Shown here piece by piece: positions 54,387 through 64,000 of a stretch of DNA of 64,000 nucleotides. Position 1 is the stretch's first letter; each line of letters starts with the position of its first letter. The stretch comes from Lytechinus pictus (lineage: Eukaryota), in NCBI RefSeq assembly GCF_037042905.1, contig NC_087250.1:21950001-22014000 (forward strand), given 5' to 3'. A program made the position numbers and the translations under genes. Under the pieces are notes generated by a model. That model had not been told where the DNA came from and searched no databases. It saw only the letters and a program-made list of their open reading frames with translations.

Positions 54387-55603
54387 GTGAGAACTTATCA
54401 CCATTTTTCTTCACCTAAATGTTCCGGCCTTGTTTGCATACATTTACAAATTATCATCATTCCAGTTAGATAAGGTTTCCAATATCGTCAATCGTATCAA
54501 GATATCTTAATATCTTAAAGGTAAGATATGAAAATATCAAAATTATTTTTCTTTAGAAATTGAACGGAATAAGCCCTTGTTAAGATTCCTATCTATCAAA
54601 AAAATCTACACTCATAAATAGCTTCGCCATTTTTTAACCTCCTAGAAGTTAATTATGCCCATTACACCGCATAGTCCTGATGGGAAGAATGCAGTGTTAC
54701 AAAGTGTGATCGGTGAGTTCACATGGTGAACTATGTGAAAATATCATTCACACTGTTAAAATGCTCATATTCATTAGTGTGAAGATATTCCCACACGGTG
54801 GACATCTCGACAATGTGACTGTTCACAGCATCTTCGCATGGTCGACCATGTGAATTTGTGATTCGCACTGTTGAAAGGTGTGCTTGTTGTGTTCCACTAT
54901 GTGAACGAACAAATTATGGCACACTGTCGCGACTGTGTACACTGTGTTTATTTCAGCATGGAGGCACCTAAAGTTGCACGGCTATTTATCCAAGCCAATT
55001 TCAGAGTTCTTTAATAATGCTCTGAACAGGATTTCTTTTCCATGAATACATATTATTGTTAGCGATCATGCTGATGTTTTTCATTTGATAGATTTTTACC
55101 AACAGGGGAAAAAACTTATTCTTTTTTATTATTGCCTTTCAATTGCATTCCTCGCAAGTTTTTGTTTTGAGGCGGGTGGAAGGGGTGTTATTGTTTGCCA
55201 AAACCATGGTTCTCTTTGAAGAGAAAATGGAGGACACAAACAATAGTTGTCATGAAAAAATGGAAATAAGAATATTGATTTTTTTTTCTTTCTTTCCTAA
55301 CTGCTTTTCTGATGGAGTAGTCACGAAACCATCGATGCTATTACCAAGCATAATGGCAATTATTTGATTAGATTTGCGAATACCTCACGTTACGCAATTG
55401 AAGTCATAAAAACAGTAGTTGACGGAACTCGATTACATAATAAATTCGGTTAACAGATACATGATCCTATTACAATAACAAACATCTTTGTATGTTCATG
55501 TCTTTTGTGTTTCTCACTCCCTCTCCCTCTCTCTCCCTGTCTTCAATTTTTTCTCTCTTTTACATTTTATCCTATGCTTATCTGACGTCTCGCGGAAGAG
55601 CAG

Positions 55604-55624
55604 ATATCGTAACGGATCCTCCCG
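55604..55624 (+). CDS. WFIKKN: WFIKKN-like 21-nt micro-exon (DIVTDPP)
   Basis: CAG acceptor, G|GTAAGT donor, phase 1-1; yields a typical PPVI Ig start. Confidence 0.55.
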
Positions 55625-56967
55625 GTAAGTCAAAGAGTCTTTTTTTTTTCTCTCTCTCTCTCTTGAATGGAAGAACAATTCTTAATTCTACGGAATACAG
55701 TCACAGCAACGAAAAAGACTCTAAACAAACTAATGGTTTACCTCTAGGAAAAAAAAGTAATATCTCTGGTTGGTCTGGAAAAGGTGTCGCTGTTGTGAAT
55801 GTGGCATTCATATTCTCTCCCTCTTTTTCTATGTGATTATGATGATAACGAGGATGATGATGATGATTAATGGTTGATCCAATATTTTCCAAAAGGGTCG
55901 GGGCACATTTTCCCTAGAAAAATGTCAAAAGCAAAACAAAAAGTTTTTATCATGAAAAAAATGCCGAAGGTCATTTAGTCCCAAATTAAATATGACCAGC
56001 AAAAAATGGGGGTCCTCACTTGTTTGTGAACGACGTATTCCCATTTTAAATTCCTGTAACTCTCAAGGGGGGGCACAGGCCGGATGTTACCCTCCCCCCA
56101 TCCCCTCCAGGAGGATGATAGAGATGATGGTAATAATGATGACGATTATGGTGATGATAATGCTGGCGATGATGGGGTTGATTAAAAGGATGATGATGAT
56201 ATCCATATACGATTTTTAAGTCACATTTATCTTGGAAGTGTCTGCATGAAATAGTTGTTTTTCTTACTGGACATCATCGTTTATGTTATTGTTTTGCTTG
56301 TCAGGCGTATTCTATTTATTTCATTTTCATTGTTAATTTGTTTTTTAAAAAGTTGCAGAAATCAGATTATGAACAATTTAATCAAATACAACAATGCACA
56401 GTATAGTCCATGTTATTCTTAACCAAAGTCTTTGTAAAGTCAAACGATCGACCTTGTTCATTGAAACCTTATGGAAAATGTGTAACTATTAAAGAATGTC
56501 GATCCAGGAGACATATGAAAAACTAACTATACATAGCTTTTGAGCACAGCTGGTATAATAGCACCAGGAATTTATTTCGGAAACACCCACTTCCTTCCGA
56601 ATATCATGGAGTTGAAACTTTATTCCTCATTGTTCGTTTTGGTCTGAACGTCTAAAAGTTCGCGTTCGAATATACCACATTTTGTGGACACCTTAAGTAA
56701 CCCCATACAATTATAGCGACGTTATTCACGGCACATATTTTTTCTTTCCCTTTACGAATGTACGTCCGATACCCACTTTAGATTGAATGCAAGTCAGAAT
56801 TATAGAGCCACAGACGATTTTATTGAATTTATATACATATAAGTGAGTTTAGATAAGACCTATCTGAGATTATACAAAGTGTGCACAGTGGGTGTAGACC
56901 TATTAGAGCAATTTACTCATTCAACTCCTCTTTATGTCTTTGAATAAATCTTATTTACATTACCATA

Positions 56968-57141
56968 CACTCTAAAAACGTTATCCACATTTTTGAGGGC
57001 TTTGTTTAAGCCCATCACTCTAACAAATAATGTTTAAATTGTTTAACAAGTGGTTTGAAATTTTATACCAACTGTTTAAAGGATAAAACAATTTAAAAAG
57101 CTTGAATAATTGTTGAAAAGTTTAAATATGTTGTTAGAGTG
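56968..57141. mobile_element. CACTCT...AGAGTG MITE
   Basis: Terminal inverted motifs of the same CAC-type family. Confidence 0.5.
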
Positions 57142-57189
57142 ACGGTCTGAAAAATATGCTATTTCTTATTTTATTTTTTTACTGTGCAG

Positions 57190-57372
57190 TGATATCAGAG
57201 GTGGATGATCAGTCAGGTTTGTTGACTGTCAATGAAGGAGAGACTGCAGTTCTCTACTGCAATGCCTCCTCCAGGATCCCGACATCCTTTGGCTGGATTC
57301 TTATTCAACCTGGAGCGAGCGTACCAAACATTGATGTCTTTCCTCCAGGCTCTGCCACAGGAAACAAACGAG
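57190..57372 (+). CDS. WFIKKN: WFIKKN-like exon: Ig domain, N-terminal half
   Basis: TVNEGETAVLYCNAS...FGW. Confidence 0.9.
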
Positions 57373-57619
57373 GTAATTGATAAATATTGAGTTTTTGCTC
57401 CATAAATTGTACGACTGATCTAATCGAAGAAAAAAAACATCAAACTTTTGTGTTTCAATAGATATTTTCCAAGTATATTGCAAGAGATAAAATAGATAAA
57501 ATGGTACATTTAAAGGTTATAGCCCTTTGTACATGTAAACATATATGCTGTTTGTGTAAAGTATTACCAATTGAAATTAGAGTGGTATTTTGTTTTTATT
57601 TTCTAAAAATGACCTGCAG

Positions 57620-57742
57620 TGTCTAGCGATGGGAGAATAATGACAGTGACCGGCGCCACGATCCAGGATACAGCTAACTACGCATGCGTGGCAGCTTCCT
57701 TACTTGGTTACGTCACAAGGTCTTACCAGCTATTCGTTCACG
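57620..57742 (+). CDS. WFIKKN: WFIKKN-like exon: Ig domain, C-terminal half
   Basis: DTANYACVA (D-x-x-x-Y-x-C). Confidence 0.9.
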
Positions 57743-59411
57743 GTGAGATGTTTATAAAGTCATTTTATGTACAATATAAGAACTAATCTGTTACCATTGT
57801 GGAAATGAAATATATATAACTGTAATAGAATTACTATAACCGACAATGATAAACTACGCGGGAGTTTCCCCTTATATCACACGAGCTCAGCTATCAAGAA
57901 TGAATGGGCTAAGATTATTCAGAACCAGTCCTTCTCTTACAAGTATATCATTAGGTTTCCAAGTACTGGTTCGAGGCACCAGTCCATTCCATTGGGTGGA
58001 TTAAAATCCCACCGCTGTCACCAAGCAATTGTAAACAGAAACACTAAGTATTTTTTGCTGAGGATTAATATTCCAAGCAGGGGCGGATACAGGATTTTCC
58101 AAGGGGAGGGGATTTTGTACAGGAAAAGGTTGACAAGCAAAAACAAATAATCACTTGCGTATGCATGGCATATTCCCCTAAACAGTATTTTTGTGCCTCT
58201 CGAGGGGGGGGGGGGGCCGGGCTGGATGTGGCGCTGCCTGGATCCGCCACTTTATCTGGTGACAGCCCGTGAGACACATTTTTTTCCCCTTCATCGGGTG
58301 CCGCGGTCAAGTGGTTTAAGGCGCCTCATTCTCTGCCTGTTAACGTAGAGGGGGGGATTTCGAATTGCAGAAGCTCCGACGTTTCTTTGAATTGTTCCTT
58401 GTCTGCATCCGCTCTTCTTACGTTTTCTGCCTGAAATGGGGAGGGGCACAGCCAAAAAATCCCCGTTAACTAAGTCTTAAATTAGTGGCGACTGGCGAAG
58501 CTAGGATTTAATTCAAGGGGGCGGCAGTCAGCACGCGAAGCATGTGAAACACGGGACACGGAGCAGACAAGGAACCATTCGAAGAAAACGTCGGAGCTTC
58601 CGTGCTTTGCGCGGGAGGGGGAAAACTCTCCATTATAGGGAGCGCCTTTCGCGCTCTCAGTATTAAGTGTTTCGCCACTTCGCGTGCTCACTACCGCCCC
58701 CTAAAATGAAATCCTTCAGGACTTAGTTACCGGGAAATATTTTGGCTCCCCCCCCCCCCCCCGGAAAACAGAGGACGTATTAAGATGAGCGGGAGAAGAC
58801 ACGGAACGTCGGAGCTTCCACGCTTCTCGCGGGGGACACTCCCCCTCCCTGCACCCCCAAGGAAGCACGCTTCCCGTGCTCACTACCGCCCCTAAACTGA
58901 AATCCTAGCTATGTCACCAATTCTAGACGCAGTAACCGGGAAATATTTGACTCTGCCCCCTCCCCCTCGGATAACAGGCATACGCCGCTCGGTCTCGCGG
59001 GCCTTTGGTCTTGCAGACCTTCGGTCTCGCGGGCCTCTGGTCAAGTGGTCGGACCCCCTTTATCTGATGGTATTCCTAAAATGAGTGTACCTCCAACAAC
59101 TCCAAAGGGCAAAATAACACAAATACAGGCGCAGTCACATGTAGTATAAGAACATCGGTTTGTTTCAGGGGTGTATCAAGGATCTTCTAACGGGCTGGGG
59201 AGCACAAAAATGACTCTATAAAGGGAAAGCAAAACATTAGCCCCCCCCCCCCCACCATTGTAGATGCATTTTCCCCTTTGAAAAATACTTTTAATGTGAG
59301 GAAACTCTGCCCCCCCCCCCCCCCTCCTTTAGATCCGTGTCTGAAATGCTGGGATTACTATATGTATTAATTGATATGGCAAAATATATTTTATAATTAT
59401 GATATAAACAG

Positions 59412-59721
59412 CCACAGGATCAGGAGGGATAGTTCACCCTCCTGGCACGATACGAGGAGAGGATCAGCCACTCGCTGTAGCGGGAGCAGCGAACAGTAAC
59501 CCGGATGTTGCCTCTAATTGGCCAGAACTTGTGAATCCCTATCTGACCGAACTATCACAGCGGATATCAACGACGCCCCCACCGACAGCGGTGCCTACCC
59601 CATCAATGGCTAGCGTGCCTACCGGTGGCGGTGGAATGGATGGGGCTTTCCATGGCGTGACAAATTCAGTGTGCCAGCAACCAAGAAACAAGGGAACTTG
59701 TAACAGCCAAGAACAAAGATG
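59412..59721 (+). CDS. WFIKKN: WFIKKN-like exon: Pro/Thr-rich linker and start of Kunitz 1
   Basis: Open frame ending VCQQPRNKGTCNSQEQRW; TG|GTAAG donor. Confidence 0.85.
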
Positions 59722-60464
59722 GTAAGCTCTTCTGCCATAAGCAATAAGAAAGAGAAACTGCAATATTTTACCATTCTAAAGCAACACTGGGAACACCCGT
59801 TCGGGTGGAAACTTCATGTGCTGCCAGTTTTGCACTCTGGCGCACAATTCGACAGTCTTTTTATCCCCCTTAGTGGGTATGACTTTCACTGCGTTAGGTT
59901 TCTTTTTCTTGGTGAAACCCTACATACTGCAGCTGACGAAACGGGATAAAGGTTTTTTAAAAAGGAAATGAAACTGGAATATATACGCATGATCCGTATT
60001 TTTCTCGTAAACTAATCTATAGTTTGATAATACTCTCCCATATCAGATGACTCCGGAGATAAATCCACTGTCAATATTCTCCCGGTCATTTTGCGGTTAT
60101 TTACAAGATAATGGAGTTGGGGTAATGTGGTTACACAATCAAATGAAATTTTCGATTGGCTCGCTTTCTAATACATCAAACAAGGACCTTTATTGTTGCT
60201 CGTTATTTCGATCAATTTATTTCTTTATCAAAGCGGTAGGTTACAAATGTAAAAGGAAGCATGCCCTAAATCAAGATTAACGTTTCCGATTATTTATCCA
60301 GTATTCTTCCAGTTTAATAGTCTGTAGCAGGTGTCATTGTATATCACACCCTATAAGTTTAAGTGCGTCTATACGTTTCATGCAAATGACCCTGATAGAG
60401 AAATATTTATTCGAATATTGAAGGGAAATGGTGGAATTTTATGAAGACGTCTTCTACTCCGTAG

Positions 60465-60745
60465 GTTTTTCAACACATCGAAGGGCAAATGTGAGCTTTT
60501 CACCTACAGTGGCTGCAATGGGAATCTGAACAATTTCCGAACCTACGACGATTGCAACCGAACATGCCCGCCTCTCTCCGACAACCCGTGCGAACAGCCG
60601 ATCACGACCGGACCTTGCCGAGCGCGTATCATGAGATGGGGGTATGACAGCAACGCGGGAGGGTGTGTCAAGTTCGTCTATGGTGGTTGCAGGAGAAATG
60701 GAAACAACTTTGGAACGAGAGAGGAGTGTACCGATGGGTGTATGC
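60465..60745 (+). CDS. WFIKKN: WFIKKN-like exon: end of Kunitz 1 and all of Kunitz 2
   Basis: FTYSGCNGNLNNF; GPCRARIMRW...FVYGGCRRNGNNF. Confidence 0.95.
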
Positions 60746-61131
60746 GTAAGTCTGAGCGTGTTTATCTAATTTTATAATTAACAAATATTTGCCACAAATT
60801 CCAACTCCCCCCCCCCCTCTCTCCCTCCTTCTCTTCACATATCACTCTAGCTTTACTAAAATTAACCATCTCGCATTCGCCCGGTGCTGCCTTGCATAAA
60901 CTCATCCATATCAACTGATCAACAATACTCCAAAAGGATTTATGACTACAAATCGGGTCAATATTCATATTATCCGCAATATGCAGGCATGTTAAACATC
61001 TATAAAGGGAAAAGTTGTATACACATTTAAAAAACAACCTTACGCAGATGGGAGGTAATGATCAACTTCAATTGATATTGTTTAATAAAAATGTTTTATA
61101 ATTGGTTTTCTAAATTATATCATTTCTGTAG

Positions 61132-61236
61132 AAACAATGATTTATGACACCTTGCAGCAAACATCGAGTGCCCGGGTCGCAGAGTGCCGTTGCACAAGGC
61201 CTCGACTTAAAAACTGTTTTTGTGCTTCTGAGTTTG
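61132..61236 (+). CDS. WFIKKN: WFIKKN-like exon: start of NTR domain
   Basis: ECRC...FCASEF; GTGAGT donor. Confidence 0.8.
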
Positions 61237-61649
61237 GTGAGTAAAGGCCGGACACACTGCCTGGGTGGGTATTTCTGTTACGGATGACTTTATACACGAC
61301 TTGTGCTATATGATACATCCCTATGTAATTGTCCTAGCACATGTAACATGTCCCAGGCGTCCGTAATGTCGTACTTCACGATCACTATTATAGAACACCA
61401 ACCAGGTCTCTGCCCGCTGTTTGGATGTAATAAAGATTATTTACCATTCTATACAACAGATATGGTATCTTGGGACTAAATTACCAAAACGCAACATTAT
61501 TTGCTGTCAGTGCTTGTGCCCCCGAAGAGAGAGGGCAGTATGACGATTTTAACGAGACCCTCCATTTTAACGGCTGGTTTGATTTACAAAATAAACGCCG
61601 ATATCTACTTCTACAACAAATTGACCAAAATTATTCTTATTTATTGCAG

Positions 61650-61838
61650 CAATCGAAGGGACCGTTATTCAGAAGCACAACTCATTACGTGGTGACATCC
61701 TTGTCGTAGAGGTCGCTAATGTATTTAAACAAGGAACCCTGTCGCTGAGGAAGACCGAGAGATTAACAAATAACGTCACAATCATTCGAGACATGTCACA
61801 AATCGGGAGGAGTTGTCAGTGTCACAGCCTTGAACCAA
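61650..61838 (+). CDS. WFIKKN: WFIKKN-like exon: middle of NTR domain
   Basis: AIEGTV...VEVANVFKQG...CQCHSL. Confidence 0.85.
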
Positions 61839-62373
61839 GTGAGCACTATTTCTTTATTAACACATTTTTTGGCCTGATGTTACCATCGTTGATTGAAAGT
61901 GGTCCATGTTTACCAAATTATACACCATCCTTAAATAGATGAAATAAAGTTCGCAAACGAATTAAATATGAATCGACACAATTCTTAAATATGTTAATGT
62001 TGGGAGCAACTGTAATGGAAATATGTCAGCAGGAAATTAGTGTAAATTAGTGGTTCAACACAACAGGCTATATTGCGTTGATTTGACATTGACATTCACA
62101 CATGGTAATTCATTCCCTTTATGAATTTAACGAAATTCTTCCACTTCCGGTTAAGATAGTCAGGCACAGGCACAGCTGATTTAGATTAATAGGCCTACTG
62201 TACGAGTAAATGTTCCATGCTCCTTCAGATGAATTCAGTTTAGTTGGACGCAATGATGTATAACAGTCATTCCTAATAGCCATTTCTTAATTTTCTTTTC
62301 TTTATTGGATCGTAAATAGTGATTTTAGTATCAGACAATTTTTACAATTATTTTCCCTTCATTATGTGAACAG

Positions 62374-62573
62374 ATAAAGTTCCATACATCATCATGGGCT
62401 ACGTCAACATGAGGGGAGATGCAGAGATTGATTCCAACTCTTACGTCAGTGAGGCAACACGACGGAGATCAAACAAACTCGGGAGCCAAAATATGAGGCC
62501 GCAGTACTGTCGGCAAGCCTCGCGCCAGAGCCCCCGCGAGAGATCGGGCTCTCGAGGACGACAGGAACAATAG
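62374..62573 (+). CDS. WFIKKN: WFIKKN-like last coding exon: end of NTR domain and basic tail
   Basis: PYIIMG motif, terminal Cys, TAG stop. Confidence 0.85.
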
Positions 62574-64000
62574 AATGGAGGACGTAGAGGGCGTCGCAGA
62601 GTCACCAGACAGTAGTAGCGATAAGAAGAAATGACCAGTGAGATGGTTTCTTACGATGCGTCATTCCATTGCGCCTATCAACAACGTTGAGTCCAAGAGG
62701 TTCCGTCGAACACGAGGCGACTGTTTGCTAACTTAGCAACTGCCAGAAAGATTCAACCGTCATTCGATGCAACAATCAAACCACAAATGAGAGTGGTATA
62801 ATGCCCTAAGTTGATCCATACATACAGGAGAACTCGTATCCCCGAACACTGCCTAAATACCCCCCCCCCCCCAAAGAGCCTTACTCAGCCTTGAAATCGG
62901 GGCCACCAATCTCTGAAGCGTTGGAAAATACTATCATTGTGCAGTGATTATGAATCGTATTCTGCATATGGACAGTCCTGCAAAGACGATCTCAAACAAT
63001 GCCAACAATCAAGTAAATTACTTGATACATTCCTGCATGAGTTATAATGAGTTCAAAATATTTACAGCCATTTCTACATACTGCCATAAACCTATTTGCT
63101 TGTTTGTGTATCTCAACTGCATAATACTATCTGGTCCATTCTAGAGTCTGTTAACGTAATGGATTGACGCCTCGGTAAGGACTATACTTCTCATATCTAC
63201 TTTGTATCTATTAACGCTGTAAATCATTGTACAGGTTCTTACGACTGATTATTTGAATATCCTCATCATTACTCATTATTTGCAACTGAGGTAAAGATAT
63301 CGAAAATGGTCCTACAGATAATTTCTTATTTTATCACCTTCAAATTCGTTGGTATCAAAATATGATTCCGTATGTTTTGGTGAATCATTTACTCTTTGAC
63401 AAGGGGCATTATCTCACAAGACAAAAAAAACCCGAGAACACTAATTACTACAATATAATTCTAGTAATGAGTATACAAAAGGCGGAGGGAAGTATCACTG
63501 CGCATGCGTGGAAACGGCGTTCATTTGGTTTAGTGGGTTTTGTTCATAGTGATGTATACATCTCTATGGTTTTGTTCCATTAAAACTTTTTGTAGTATTA
63601 CGCGTTTTCTGCGCTGCAACATGCAGTTCATAATAGATTAATGCGTCGGTATTTTGAAACCGTAAGGTGGAAAACCCTGGAATAAGTTGGCTGGTGGGAA
63701 ACAGACCAATCAAAGAAGCAAATTAATGAAATTTTGAGAAAAAGTAAACAACTAATGATAAGATAGTGACGAGCATTTGAATGTTGGGATCATTAATGCT
63801 ATGTTGACCCCCCCCCCCCCCCCATTGGCAATACGGCCAAGATTTGTGATGTCACAGAAGTGAAAATATCTATTTTGTCCCTGACCACTGAAAATACACA
63901 CCCGAACATATATTTTTGCTCCTTATAATAATACTACAAATTCTTTGTTTATGATTTATTTTATGAAACCTTTATTACATGTCCACCCATGCAAAAAAAC

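Larger units (their letters stand above)
37338..62573 (+). other. WFIKKN: WFIKKN/GASP-like multidomain protease inhibitor gene span; CDS join(37338-37449,54222-54386,55604-55624,57190-57372,57620-57742,59412-59721,60465-60745,61132-61236,61650-61838,62374-62573), 1689 nt, ~562 aa
   Basis: Signal peptide, WAP, Ig, two Kunitz and NTR domains in the WFIKKN order; all junctions GT-AG and in phase. The symbol rests on domain architecture only. Confidence 0.85.

Noticed and set aside
61470..61709. ORF-track proteins overlapping the NTR exon
   Set aside because: Wrong frame and mostly intronic; the real exon is 61650-61838.

Overview
Eukaryotic (animal) genomic DNA: AT-rich, intron-containing and repeat-dense. 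The repeat families and gene content suggest a marine invertebrate such as a sea urchin (inference). I reconstructed two + strand multi-exon genes by hand, with GT-AG sites and matching phases. (1) Tryptophan 2,3-dioxygenase (TDO2-like; 10 coding exons, 394-29135, ~375 aa). It has substitutions at substrate-pocket and exo-site residues, and a 566-bp MITE in its last coding exon has replaced the C-terminus. (2) A WFIKKN/GASP-like secreted protease inhibitor (signal-WAP-Ig-Kunitz-Kunitz-NTR, 37338-62573, ~562 aa) with no follistatin/Kazal exon visible. The ~17-kb first TDO intron holds a 4-copy ~2.4-kb tandem array, with a defective Tc1 in the third copy. Each array unit carries a palindromic MITE with ~25 strand-specific T>C changes, which looks like a genomically fixed ADAR hyper-editing event. 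The same intron has a TA-microsatellite cluster with a 208-bp-arm hairpin bearing minimal hammerhead ribozyme motifs, a third hammerhead, and a tRNA-like gene with a UCA anticodon. The WFIKKN-like first intron has hAT-like elements and a ~6-kb hierarchical satellite. Most ORFs in the supplied track are spurious.
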